Positions 46,701 through 58,575 of a DNA stretch of 64,000 nucleotides are shown in pieces. The stretch covers positions 70,370,001 through 70,434,000 of the forward strand of contig NC_042999.1 of NCBI RefSeq assembly GCF_006345805.1, given 5' to 3'. The DNA comes from Octopus sinensis. Lineage: Eukaryota. Every line of letters starts with the position of its first letter. The stretch's first letter is position 1. A model generated the notes under the pieces. The model was not told the DNA's origin. It saw only the letters and a list, made by a program, of their open reading frames with translations, and did not search any database. Made by a program: the position numbers and the translations under genes.

Positions 46701-49700
46701 TCTCTTATCTTTGCTTTATAACTTGAGCAATCTGAAGACCTTGGTTATTCTGTTTTCTTCTAGGAACTCAACACCAAGTAGACCATCATATCTTTCTAAT
46801 GTTCAGTCACATGGTAAATAATCTGAATTTATTTTCTTTGTTGTTTTCCCTACATTTAAAAAGTTTAACTGTGAAAAGCAAAACAAAGAAAAGAAACTAA
46901 ACGTTTATAAATAGATAAGAAAATATCTTGAAATTTTAATTTCAAGTCTACTTAATACACTGCTTTCTTGTTTTTTAATTACAAAGTACAAGGAAGTATG
47001 GACAATTCAATACCTATATGATGATGTCAATAAGATTGTAGTGGGAATATTCAGCAATTGCCAGATGTTGCAATTTGCTAGAATATTGCCCACATGATAA
47101 ACAAAATTCTAGTAATTTTGTACACAAAGACGAATATTGTTACTACAAATGACAAAACATTTAGAGAGCGTTTGTTCTTGGTGTAGTTGTAACAACAGAT
47201 AAAGTGTTGTTAGTTGTTTGACAGCTACTGACTTACAATGTCATTCGTCCTCTGACAGTTCATTGCCTTTGTGTTGTCATCTGCTGTTCACCATCTCTGT
47301 TGGCCAACTCCTACAGTATTTGTCAATGCTCTCTGCATCTTAAAGCTCTGTCTAGTAGTTACAATGTACTGGATTTATACTGGTTGATAGGTTCAGAAGG
47401 AAATGTACCAAAAGAAAAGATTGTCATGAGAGCCTATTTGATGCAAAGCTGTGGTTAGTCAGATTTTATTGGTCATATGGGCAATATTCTAATGAACTGT
47501 GACAGCAGACAATTGCTGAATATTCCCACTATATGATTGATTTTTAGCGTAACCTTTTGTTGTTTGATACTTGTAGAGAAAGTTTGGGCCAAGAGTTCCA
47601 GTGAGTTGCAATTCTGAAGATGGAAAATTGAGAAAAATATTTAGTATAAGTTTTGGGAATGCGACAAGAAGTCAAATGGCTGGTGTATCAGATGGCCTTC
47701 AGTGAAAGTTGTCAAAGTTTACTAATTCAAAGTGCTAGGAACTATTCTAGTAATGACAGAAGAGACAGAAAAGGGCACAGTATTCTGTAGCATGTTAATA
47801 TAAAACATTTGTACATTGATATTGGGCAACAAACTGTAGGGGTTGAAATATAGCTGATTTATAGCTGATTGAATTAACCACAGAACATACTGGGTTATCA
47901 TCCTCTTGAAAGTTGAAGTCAATCTTGATGCAATTTCAACTCAAGATGTAAAGAGGGGAAGCTAAATACTACAAACTAAATACTAACATTCTACCGGTTT
48001 TGCTAATTTGGCAACTGATAATCAATAATTGTTTCTAATTTAAGCATAAAACCAGCCAGCAGTTTTGAGAGGGGGAGGGCCTCATTGATACCAGTACTTG
48101 ATCGGTGCTTTATTTTATTGACATTGGGCAGGATTTGAGCTCAAATAGCCTGATCAATAATGAAATTATTCAGGGTTAGTAATGATAGATAGCATCAATA
48201 AAACTTTATTAAGAATATATGTCTAATTTTAGAAAGTGTGTAGTAAGACATAAATTTATTGTTTTCGCTGTAGCTTGAATTAGTTAATTGAGACAGACCC
48301 TGACCTGTTAAGGTTAGCATTGCAAAAGTTTCAAACATCAACTTCAGCACAAGTCTGATGCGCATTCAAAAGTAAAAGTTAAGTCAGTTACAGCAAAGAC
48401 GTCAAGCTGTCCACTACCTATTTTCCAACTGCTCTCTCTCTCTGTCTCAATAGAGCATGGAAATATAACTTGGTGTTATTTTTGTAATTATGGCTATTAA
48501 GCCAAAGTAGTTTTAACAACTTTGAGACAATTTGCCTCTTTTCTTCACTTGACATTCGAATCAAGCTGTTAAGAAACTTATATTGTTTTTACCCTGTTGC
48601 TGAATTTGACATCAGACAGCAAGAATTATATCTCCAGGATGACTCTCACACAATTGTATCGTGTAATTTATATCAGCTCAAACTTGAAACTTGTAAAATA
48701 TTACTGAGTGCAACTGTATTTATTCATGTCTTACAAAACTTATTCCTCCAGACTGAACATCTGCAATCTGTTGTTTTGAACACACTTCATTTTCTCCTGT
48801 GTTTTTACGTTTGTTCACCATTGTTCAGAAACAATAATAAAATTTGCATTTATTTGAACACTTATTTGATGCCTTCTGATCCTTATCGTTGCTTTTATGT
48901 ACAAACTGCCATCTACATTTTGATATTGAGTTTACATGCTAAACTCTTTTGCTAAAAGTGTGAGGCAAATATAAGAAGTAGGAAGTTGTATGTTAGTGAA
49001 ATATGACCAGTTTTTGAAATGTGATGTTGTATGTCAGTGAAACATAAGCAGTGATTACAAGATATTTACAGCTATTGAAGCAGAATAATTTTAAAGTAGT
49101 CTGTTAATTTATGAGAGGATTTGAATGGATGTAAGATAAGAAAAGGTTTGTGCATCAAAGGCATTGGCTGAATGTATGAAAGTGAGTTGGTTTGGTAGAG
49201 ACATATGAAGGAAAAGGATTATATACATATTGAATGAAAAATTGCTGTGTTAGACATAGAGATGTATCTGTTGTTGGAAAAGACTGAGAATGACCTGAGA
49301 GGAATTTAATGAAATTAGCATGGGCAATGTAGTCATTCAATACACGATATTTATGAGAATGGAAACTGAAAGATGATAAAGATGTCAATAATGAAATGCA
49401 AATGGCTTTTTTATTATGTGGTAACATTATTCTCAGCTGATAAATACTATAGAAAAAAAACTGTCTTGTCAACAGAGCAGTGATCAAAAATGGTCAGTTA
49501 GTTTCACAGCAGGTTTTCATAAAAAGTTTTATCTCCTAGCTGACCAAAGCCTTGTGAATGAATTTATTTCATAAAAACTGAAAGAAGCCTGTTTTGTTTG
49601 TTTGTTTGTTTGTGTGTTTGTGTGTGTGCACATGTGCATGCATGTTTGCTTATATTTACGCTCTACAAAAGTCACTAGCTTGCTTGCTTTGTGCCTTGTG

Positions 49701-52700
49701 AAAGAGATCCCTTAATTGGAAAGCAGGTAAGGGTTAGTAACAAGAAAGGCATCTAGCTGCAAAACAATGTTTCAATGATATATTCATTTAATCTATGTTA
49801 GCATGGAAAAACAGATGTAAAATGAATGAGTAAACAGTTATATGCATTTTCTCTCCGCCACAATAAGTCCATTCTACAAGAAGTTGTAAAGGAAATAATA
49901 GGTATTTCTTACTTTGGCATTAGGCTGTAAATTGTGGGGCAGAGATGTAAAGAATTTAATAAATTGCAGTACTAGACTGGTATTTATTTATAGACCCTGA
50001 AAAATGGAAGGCTAAATCAACCTAGGTGAGATTTGTTCTGGTATGTAAATAGATGTAACTAAATGTCACTTCCTCATCATCATCCTTTATGTCTGTTTTC
50101 CACACTGGTATGGGTTGGATGGTTTCACCAGAGTTGGCAAGCAGGAGTGCTGCACTAGGTTCCAGTCTGATTTGGCTTGGTTTCTACAGCTGGATGCCCT
50201 TCCTAATGCCAACCACTTTAAAGAGTGTGCTGGGTACTTTTTACATGGCACTGGTATGGCAGCTTTTATGAGGTGTCAGAATGATTGCTATTACATGGTG
50301 CCAGTATGGGTGCCTTTTATGTGTCACTGGTACAGGTGCTTTTTATGTGACACCAGCACAGAGCTTTTGCAAGCCAATTCTCTTCAGCAAGGGGAGTGGC
50401 ATTAACACTTCTGCTGTGGAGGAAGGGTCACATTGTTATTAATCTAATGGTCTACCATTCCTGCTATGCACTGCTCTCTATAAAAGAAATATTGATAATC
50501 CAATTTAAATTTCAGGGTTCTCTCTCTTGCTTTCCTTGAAAAATTGCTAAGGACTTTTATTATAGGTTTAATTTCAATTAATTAAAAATTCTTTTTAGCT
50601 CACTGAACTATGTATGTTAGCCTGCACTTAACTATATGTTCTTAATGCAGAAGACATCCTTAGGAAATTTTCCAGTATCAGAGATATTGATTAATTAAGT
50701 TTACCAGTCTGAAAGAGTCATCAAAGGCCATGGGTGGCATCCCTTCCCTCCTCGTCCCCCAACTATATAAGGCAGAACAAAAATTTTCATTACAGTTTCT
50801 ATATTGAAACATAAATACTGTTTGATTTTAAACTGTTGTTTCTGTTTTTAAAATAGCTTCACCTTCATTATCTCCACGGGAGAATATGTCCATGTATTCA
50901 AGAACCACTCCAAATCAGCAGTGAGTACATTTTATCATGTATACATAACCACATCTGATATTCAAAACTTAGAGACTTTTCTACTTCATAACCTACATAG
51001 GATGGGACTCTTAATTTTGACATGTTCTCTTTAAATATTTAGCATTAGTTGCAATACTTAAGAAAAATTTACTTCATTAATTTCACCACTGTAATAGCCA
51101 ATTTACATATACAAATTTGCATTTGTCTATACATACATACATCAAAGGCATTGGCTGAATGTATGAAAGTGAGTTGATTTGGTAGAGGCATATGAAAGAA
51201 AAGGATTATAGACATATTGAATGAAAAATTGCTGTGTTAGACATAGAATTGTATCTGTTGTTGGAAAAGACTGAGAATGACTTCCTTCTCCAGCCTACAT
51301 GTTTACTTCTTCTTTCTCTAGCCTACATGTTTACTTTCTGTTGGAATCTCTACACATTTGTTTGACCTGTTAAAAATAGTACACACTAACACTCCAAACA
51401 TTCTCCTTGATCCTTTTCACACTTCCAAACTCATCCTCTACCAGACCAAACTTATCTCTGCATCTATCAAATCATCCTAATGCTAGTTATTGCGACTGCT
51501 CATCACACATTTTCATATTACACTAGTGGTTCTCAACCATTTTTTTTTTTGCCTATGGACCCTTTTTGACTACTACTTGTTCTGGTGGACCTCAATGTTT
51601 AAAAACTAGTTTTATAGATACATCATTCAGCATCTACTTTCCATGCTGGTATGGGTTAGACAGTTTGATTGGTACTGGTAAGCTGGGGAGCTGTACCAAG
51701 TTCCAATCTGATTTGGCATGGTTTCTACAGTTTGATGCCCTTCCTAATGCCAACCACTCCAAGAGTGTAATGGTTGCTTTTTACATGCCACCAGCATGGA
51801 TGCTTTTATGTGCCACCAACATAGGTGCCAGTTATGTGACACCAGCCATGACTATAATTTCACTTGGCTTGATGAATCTTCTCAAGCACAGCATATAGCC
51901 AAAGGTCCTGATCATGTCATTGCCTCCATGAGGTTCAATGTTTAAAGACCATGCTTCACCACCATACTTCTTTCAAAATTCCTATTTCATTTTTCATATG
52001 TTCACTTGTATAGGTTTGTAATAGGATTTTCTGAGAAAACGTGTTTCAGTTGCCAGAAACATGTTAAAATGTGTAAAAACCTTAGAGAAAGAGACTTAGC
52101 TGTCTCTTGCAATAAATACATCCAAAACAAAATCTTTTTCTTGGATCTTTAAAATACTACTGCGAATCCTCAATTTACTATTTTGTCTGCGTGGACCCCA
52201 CAAAATTTTATATGGACCCCAGTTGAGAACCACTTAAAAGCATGCCAGTGCTGCATTAACGCATCCATGCCAGTGGTGTGTAAATGCATTATGCTGATAG
52301 CACATACAATGCACCCAGTACACTCTGCTAAGTGGTTGGTATTAGGAAAGGTATCCAACCATGAAAACTATGTCATAATAGACGGTTGGAATCTGGACAG
52401 CTCCCAGATAGCCAGCGCCATGTCAAACTATCCAATCCATGCCAGCATGGGGAGCAGATGTCAAATGATGATGATAATGACGATGATGTATGTATGTATG
52501 TATGTATGAGAATTTGTGTGTTACTGTCCCCCTGCTTTGACTTGATGTGATAGTTGTAAATGAATATTGCTATCACACTGTCATGCAGATGGTGTCCTTT
52601 GTTTCCAATCTTCTGTGAAAATGTCTGGTCATGGAGAAATATTACCTTACTTGGAATAAGGTAAGATCGTCAGGCCATAGAAAATCTACCTCAACAAATT

Positions 52701-55700
52701 TTATGACTCATGCAAGCATAGAAAAGTGGATGTTAAACAACAATGATGATGATGTTTGGATCCAGATGTTAGTAGAGTCCACTGTGAAGATCATTCTATC
52801 ACTTATATTTGTCTACTGTCCGAAGTGAACAAAAACTAAATGAGCTCAGATTAGAAGTTTTGAATTGTGACAAAGCATAATTTTCATTTAACATTAATTG
52901 AAATTAAAGGTGAGTATAGAGAGTAGGATCCTTCTCAACTGCATTTATTATTATATTCTATTATTTATGTTACATTTAATTCCATTATTTATATTGGCTT
53001 CAAATTTTAGCACAAGACCAGCAGGTTTGAGAAAGGGGCTAAGTCGGTTAAATGAACCCCACTGTTCAGTTGGTATTTACTTTATTAACCCCCATAGGCA
53101 AAGTTGATTTTGGTGGAATTTGAACTCAGAACGTAAAGATAGATGAAATGTCACTAAACATTTTGCCTGATATGCTAATGATTCTCCCAGCTCACCGCCT
53201 TAATTTCATTATTTATATTGCATCTATTCTTGTAAATTTATGTATGTTTACACCAACACATACCTCAATATAAATATATATTACCCCTGTGATGAAATTG
53301 ACAAATTCTTATGACTATATTAATTACTATTTTACTAAATTGCACTAAGATTTTATTATTTTTCTTCCAATAGATCACTTCTACCAGATGTCAGAATCTC
53401 ACAGTCAAATATGGTGATTTTTTTCTACTTACCTCCTATTTGCAGACATGAATGTAATTATCTTTGAAAAGTTAGCCAATCATAAACTTTACAGCTCCAT
53501 ATTAACCAATCCTTACAGTTAGTTAAACGCAATCCAAAGATTATACTTTCACTAACTACTACTCAACTATAGGAATAGTCATCTCACTTCTCATGAAAGT
53601 TACTCTCAATAAACTTGCTTCTCTTATTTTGTTGAGCTCCTTGGAAAGCTAAGTTGGCTTAAGTGAAGATTTGAAAGAATTAATAGGCAGTAAGTAAACT
53701 TGGATAATACTTCAGGAATGAAAAAAAAAAGAAAATACAAAAACAAAAAGCAGTCCAATGTTTTAACTTTCAGACTTATCCTACATCCAAATTTTTTACA
53801 TTTTAATTTTTGGATGCTAAATGATGGTGGTGTTGGTTGTGGCAGTGGCAGTCGCGGGGATTTGTACAAGCTTCAGCAATTATAAAGATTATAATTTTGC
53901 AAACTTTTAACTTTATCTATAGGAATGATTGTGTGGTAAGAAGCTTGCTTCCCAACCACATGATTCCAAGTTCAGTTCCACTGTGTGACACCTCGTACAA
54001 GTGTCTTCTACCATAGCTTTGGGCTGACCAAAGCCTTGTGAGTGGATTTAGTAGAGGGAAACTAAAAAAAAAAACTGTTGTATATATATGTTTTGTTTTG
54101 TTCAGTTTGACCTCTGATCTTCAGATGTTTTATTCCTGGATGTGGCCATGATCCAAAACTATATTCATGCTAGGAACCTTTATTTTTAAACTAAAGGTAG
54201 CAATATATGTATCTTATACCTTATTGTCCAGTTACTTAGTGGATAAGCATATTACTACCTTTAGTTAGGGAATAAAGATTCCTAGTTCAAATCTTGTCTG
54301 TGACCATGTACAAATCCATGAATAATAGATGAAATCTTGTTTATAAATATTATAAATATACACTCTAAAGATGAGTTCTGCAACTGTCTTATGATTTTCA
54401 GGTGTTTAACACTAACAGCCTAGGAATACCAATGTCCTTCCGTACTCCACCATCTCAAAGTACATCTTCAGATATGGTTAGTAATGTTTTATTGATTTTG
54501 TTATAAACACATGCTTTTGTGTGTGTGTGTGTGGATAGAGAAAATTAACAAAGAAAGTAGAGCTATATATGGTAAATGTGTAATGGCAATAAACACTAAG
54601 AATACAAGTGAAATAGATTTTCTCTAACACCCAGGAACATCCCAGGAGTTAGTAGAATTGTTTTCCTTGCCAATGCCCTGTTACTACAGGGCAGTAAACT
54701 CATATGATGATATGATGCACCTTCAGTGTGCTAAAGGTTCAGTCAATCTCTTAAAATCAATATCTTTCATGTTCTCATTACTACATTTCTGTTGCACAGT
54801 TTAATGACTGTTATTAGGTTTGTAGCTCATGCCTTTGAAGATGATCAGGTTATCAGCTTTATACTTTGTAAGTCTTGAGGTAGCTTATTAAGCCAAATTT
54901 TATATGAAATCTATGGTTACAGTGGAGGAACAGAATAGGGAAGTCAAGAACCAGTGGGACTCTTGCTTTCTGTGCAGTCCTCCTCTCTTTAACTTCTCTG
55001 GCCATATCTGATTCTGAGTGTTTTACTCCAGAGTACACAGCACTTATGTCACAGTGAGTGATCTTGAGCAAGATGTTTACCAGTAGACTGTTCTATGTTA
55101 CACTTTTTCAAGATTGTTTTGGGCATGTCTTTGTAACTCTTCTTTGGTTCACCAGACGACTGAATGTCAACTGCTAGTTCACTAAAGATCTGTTTGGGGA
55201 GTCTGGAGTTAAGATATACTACATATCTACTCCACTGCAGCTGGAATTTGCTTTTTCTCTGATATCCTAAAACCTCAGTGATTGCTTCCATTTTCCTACT
55301 TTTGTCCTTATATAAATGTATTTCACACAATCTATCTCTTTTTAATTCTTGGCATCCCTTATGTTACGATAACAAAAAATTCAGATAAGCAAACCTCTAA
55401 CTTTTCTTCCCTCTTCCAAATATTCTCCATTCATTCAGTCATAACTAACATATTTAACAATCACTAAACACTGGAACCTGTCAAATGTCTGGTACATGAG
55501 ACACTCTTCTATTTGTGTATTTCTATTTCAGGGAGGAAATTATTTCCCTCCAATGTCAAGTAGAGTTTCCATTCGAACACCACCATCTCAGGGCCGAATT
55601 GGTAAGTTACTTTCAAATTGTTTAATGAAACACAAATTCATAAAACAAAGTAGTTAGTGAAGAATATTTTATTCCATAAATGTTTGGCACATTTGTTAAT

Positions 55701-56647
55701 ATAAACTTGCAAGAGAGATGACTGTGCTGGTATGGTCATGTGGTGAGAATAGATGAGGATAGCTGTGTGAAGAAGTGTCACACCCTAGCGGTTGAGGGAA
55801 CCTGTGGAAGAGGTAGACCCAAGAAGACCTGGGATGAGGTGGTGAGGCATGACCTTCAAACATTAGGCCTCACCAAGGCAATGACTAGTGATTGACACCT
55901 TTGGAAATATGCTGTACTTGAGAAGACCCGGCAAGCCAAGTAACCAGCCCACTTATGTGTACCTTTCCTTCATTGGACACTAAACTCTGCTTGTGAAGTC
56001 CTATTGAGGCAAGTGAAATCGAAATCAAATTTGATGACAGCACCGCATGATTGGCATCCGTGCCAGTGGAGCGCTAAGAGCACCATCTGAATGTGATAGT
56101 TGCCAGGGCCACTGACTGGCTCCTGTGCTCGTGGCACATAAAAAGCACCATTCGAGCATGATTGTTACCAGTGTCACCTTACTGGCACATGAAAAACAAC
56201 ATTCGAGCGAGGTCATTGCCAGTGCTGCTGGACTGGCTCCTGTGCAGGTGGCAACTAAAAAAAATACCATTTCAGCATGGCTGTTGCCAGTACCACCTGA
56301 CTGGCCCTCATGCTGGTGGCACGTAAAAGCATCCACTATACTCTCTGACTGGTTGGCGTTAGGAAGGGCATCCAGCTGTAGAAACTCTGCCAGATTAGAT
56401 AGGAGCCTGGTGCAGCCATCTGGCTCACCAGTCCTCAGTCAAACCGTCCAACACATGCCAGCATGGAAAGCGGACATTAAATGATGATGATGATGAAACA
56501 TCTTTTTTTATAATTTTGTTTGTAGCTGCAACAGTGTTATAATGAGTCAACTGATATTTTACTATATTTTCCAGATAGTCCTCATGCTGCAGTAGTGAGC
56601 ATGAGTCCATCATCAGCTGTGTTGGAATTATCAAAGAAGTTTACTAG
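30014..56647 (+). CDS. RNF212: RNF212/RNF212B (Zip3/ZHP-3 family) meiotic RING E3 ligase; 13 exons, 273 aa traced, terminal exon unresolved
   Basis: MVDWLHCNLCFNQPGNGIKFSLTNCGHVYCEKCLNEGTRENCKMCKAVC (C3HC4 RING), then F..P...K...QVFEFQKNHRRR coiled coil, then an S/T-P-rich tail with RVSIRTPPSQGRI; all junctions in phase. Confidence 0.88.
30844..30905 (+). CDS. RNF212: RNF212-like exon 2 (62 nt)
   Basis: tttacag; (G)TRENCKMCKAVCNSILLTGK. Confidence 0.92.
31175..32431 (-). mobile_element. Near-full-length decayed mariner (DD34D), ~1.26 kb
   Basis: TIR TTGGGTTGGCAACTAAGTT / AACTTAGTTGCCAA; MECQVKENEHFRHLLLFAF...; PPYSPDLSPTDFHL; frameshifts. Confidence 0.9.
33430..33540 (-). mobile_element. 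Short fragment of the Penelope-like GIY-YIG region
   Basis: Matches ~35170-35280. Confidence 0.7.
34527..34765. mobile_element. Short PLE-like terminal-repeat element with internal inversion (older copy 34045-34235)
   Basis: 33-bp inverted duplication 34527-34559 / 34659-34691; hammerhead-like motif between the arms. Confidence 0.5.
34775..37372. mobile_element. Penelope-like element with ~900-bp inverted arms (RT thumb + GIY-YIG relics)
   Basis: Minus: VDFLYITLSL...RPYHKPNERLFYINTAS, then VIYE...KYIGSAST...; plus-strand mirror copy ~36465-37372. Confidence 0.85.
37279..37343 (+). ncRNA. Decayed type-I hammerhead ribozyme motif in the PLE arm (mirror copy 34805-34858, minus)
   Basis: Stem I ATGGAGT/ACTCTAT, CTGATGA core, stem III CCA-T-TGG; GAAA reads AAAA. 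Confidence 0.5.
37447..37740 (-). mobile_element. Young tRNA-derived SINE
   Basis: Minus-strand head TGGTCTAGTGG (A box)...GTTTCGATTCC (B box); CpG-rich; tail TCACGTGATCACGTGA; flanked by (TA)n/(CA)n. Confidence 0.85.
37790..38410 (-). mobile_element. 5'-truncated maT/DD37D-like transposon
   Basis: IMVFGGITSDGDVMPPFIF...WLPNSLDCNHFDYY...HLEAVVEAYGNFIE*. Confidence 0.75.
39572..39646 (+). CDS. RNF212: RNF212-like exon 3 (75 nt)
   Basis: MKPDVEIFFGDPFELIKKQNRQLIQ; ttttcag/GTAATT. Confidence 0.9.
39706..40267 (+). mobile_element. Non-autonomous Helitron (562 bp)
   Basis: A|TC 5' end, subterminal hairpin CCCGAGCAACGCCGGG (40240-40255), CTAG|T 3' end, no TSD. Confidence 0.85.
40447..40503 (+). 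CDS. RNF212: RNF212-like exon 4 (57 nt), GC donor
   Basis: VFEFQKNHRRRFINYLRDK; AAG/GCAAGT. Confidence 0.85.
42154..42221 (+). CDS. RNF212: RNF212-like exon 5 (68 nt)
   Basis: Long poly-T acceptor; VNKQNAYIKQINQALQVRQDLQ(K); GTACGT donor. Confidence 0.78.
42661..42718 (+). CDS. RNF212: RNF212-like exon 6 (58 nt)
   Basis: DISKLMEENLYLKRLISEK heptad pattern; tttcag/GTAAAT. Confidence 0.8.
44988..45007 (+). CDS. RNF212: RNF212-like exon 7, 20-nt microexon
   Basis: ttttcag GGTTTAAATTCTGGAAGTAG GTAAGA; bridges phase 0 to phase 2. Confidence 0.68.
45236..45900 (+). mobile_element. Decayed mariner relic
   Basis: TIR-like GAGGTGGTATCAAAAAGTTCC; ANVKF..KFGKSAT...FEWHRHFK...DNERSGR HTH relic. Confidence 0.7.
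46764..46813 (+). CDS. RNF212: RNF212-like exon 8 (50 nt)
   Basis: (R)NSTPSRPSYLSNVQSH; ttcttctag/GTAAAT. Confidence 0.72.
47041..47529. mobile_element. TA-flanked MITE with ~55-bp imperfect TIR
   Basis: GTGGGAATATTCAGCAATTG / CAATTGCTGAATATTCCCAC. Confidence 0.75.
50857..50920 (+). CDS. RNF212: RNF212-like exon 9 (64 nt)
   Basis: (A)SPSLSPRENMSMYSRTTPNQ; donor GTGAGT. Confidence 0.72.
51524..52235. mobile_element. hAT (Charlie-like) MITE with a nested RTE 3' fragment (~51620-51960)
   Basis: TIR AGTGGTTCTCAAC / GTTGAGAACCACT. Confidence 0.7.
53374..53413 (+). CDS. RNF212: RNF212-like exon 10 (40 nt)
   Basis: (Q)SLLPDVRISQSNM; phase 2 in, phase 0 out. Confidence 0.62.
54402..54476 (+). CDS. 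RNF212: RNF212-like exon 11 (75 nt)
   Basis: VFNTNSLGIPMSFRTPPSQSTSSDM; ttttcag/GTTAGT. Confidence 0.72.
54860..55330 (-). mobile_element. RTE LINE ORF2 C-terminal relic
   Basis: QLQW...SRLPKQIFSEL...GEPKKSYKD..KTILKKCNI. Confidence 0.65.
55532..55601 (+). CDS. RNF212: RNF212-like exon 12 (70 nt)
   Basis: GGNYFPPMSSRVSIRTPPSQGRI, resembling the RNF212 C-terminal R(I/V)S..(S/T)PP..GR motif; GTAAGT. Confidence 0.82.
55705..56495 (+). mobile_element. RTE LINE 3' end with (GAT)n tail
   Basis: RR.LCWYGHV...CGRGRPKKTWDEVV; same 3' tail as 1730-1882 and several other copies. Confidence 0.8.
56575..56647 (+). CDS. RNF212: RNF212-like exon 13 (73 nt)
   Basis: (D)SPHAAVVSMSPSSAVLELSKKFT; ttttccag/GTAATT, phase-consistent. 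Confidence 0.62.
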
Positions 56648-58229
56648 GTAATTGAATTCATCTGCTCATTTTAAACAATAATATAATACTATTAGCACTG
56701 TTATTTCACTTACAAGAGATTCATTAGATCCACATGTATCTTATTTCCAACTACATTAAATTTTACCTGGATTTGTTTAGGGGAGGTGTGGATATGCTGA
56801 TTTTCACATTTTCTTGGTTCTTTTGGATATTTTCTTCACTTTACAATCACCACCACCACCACCATGACTAGCTGCTCTCAATATTAAAGATTTGAATTTA
56901 TTCAATTTATCTGTACTCTAAGGTGACTGTATAAGCCTATGTTCAATCTTAGAGAATATTGACAATGAGAATATGAAAACTGGATTGTAGCTGGGTCTCA
57001 GAATCATTACTCCCAGCCTGCTTCCCTCCATCAGTGTCTATAATGGTCATTATCTATATTGATTTTTTTTACATCTGTCTATGACCACAAATTATTGGTG
57101 TGGGGGCAGGAGTGTAGTCAGTTGAATCAATCTCAGTTTAAAACCAACACTTATTTATTGATTCCAGAAAGCTGAAAAACATTTGCAGAATCCCAAATTC
57201 TACAGCATTTTAAATATTAAAATAACGTCTTTTTTTTTTTGATCTGGTGGCAGAGCTCCAAAGTAATCAGCTTCATACCCTAAGTACATTTTTCTCTATT
57301 TTGGTCAATCTGATATTAATTTTATTATAGGCAGATATTTGGGCTAAATTAACTGAGGCAGAATTTAAAGTAGAGAACCACAGGCCCAAATTTGTCATCA
57401 GCATCTATTAATTCTCCTTAACCTAATTTTGACTCTGCTAAATTACAGTTCCATAAAATTTGGATTCTTTTCTAAATATGATTTCACTTGTACTTTACAT
57501 ACAACTTTGATAATGCAATTAGAACTCTTTTACAGTAGAGCCAGAAGATACTCAAATATTGAAAACAGATGGCTTAGCAGTTACGCATTGTGTGAGCTGA
57601 TATGGTAGCCTCTATCTAGTTGTTTGATGAACTAGAAATAGTGGCTTACTCTCCTTTGAATCACTCTCTACTGTGTTTAAAAAAGGAAGGTTAAATTAGA
57701 TAATCTGGTCTTAGACTCACTATATTTTTTGGAATTCTCTCTCTTGCCATGTTTTTTTGTGCAGTAATCAACTTGCAGCTGCTTAAGAGGAACATCACCT
57801 GTACCGATCTCACCCACCTTGGAGGACTATGGACTCCACTCCTTTCTTTGGATCAAACAGTTTAAAAAATAAATCTGGAATGAAAAGAAGATAGCCACAA
57901 TTAGAATACCTTTGATTACAGGTCTTCTAGACTAGAGCTGACTTGGGGATAAATAGCAAGAATTACATATTGTTATGCAAGGGTAATCTGTACAGATTTA
58001 ACAATTGACAATTCTTTATACTGACATGCTTTACAACTTCCTTGTTCTGAGGCCAAGGCTAACTACCTTCAAAATATTAATTGACAACGTAATCTACAGA
58101 TTCAGGTCTGAAGCAGCAGCATTCTCATTTTTACTTATGGATGAGATGTTGTAAAAAGAAAAACTCTACTAATGCTTCTCTTTTTTTCTTTATTTCTTAT
58201 ACTATTACATAGTTATAAAGTATATTAAG

Positions 58230-58575
58230 ATGCATCACTATATGTTTCAACATGCCTTCATAACATGTTGGATACTATGTGTTATGTTGCACTTATTAAA
58301 TACAACTTGACACATCACTACAATGTGTTATGACATACAAGTACAGTGTATTATAACATACTACTGGTGTGTTATAATATACTACTGGTGTGTTATTACA
58401 TACTACTAGAATGTGTAATGACATGTCACTATAATGTATTATTACTTGCTACTACAGTATATTCACTTATGACTTACAACTACAATGTGGTATGATTTTC
58501 CACTAATATGTTATGACGTATCATTACAATATGGACATATACAGTTTGTTATGACATATACTATTACAATACACT
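58230..58575. repeat. Degenerate ~22-bp minisatellite (ACATACTACTGGTGTGTTATAA)
   Basis: Two to three near-perfect units at ~58355-58420 with decayed units on both sides. Confidence 0.7.
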
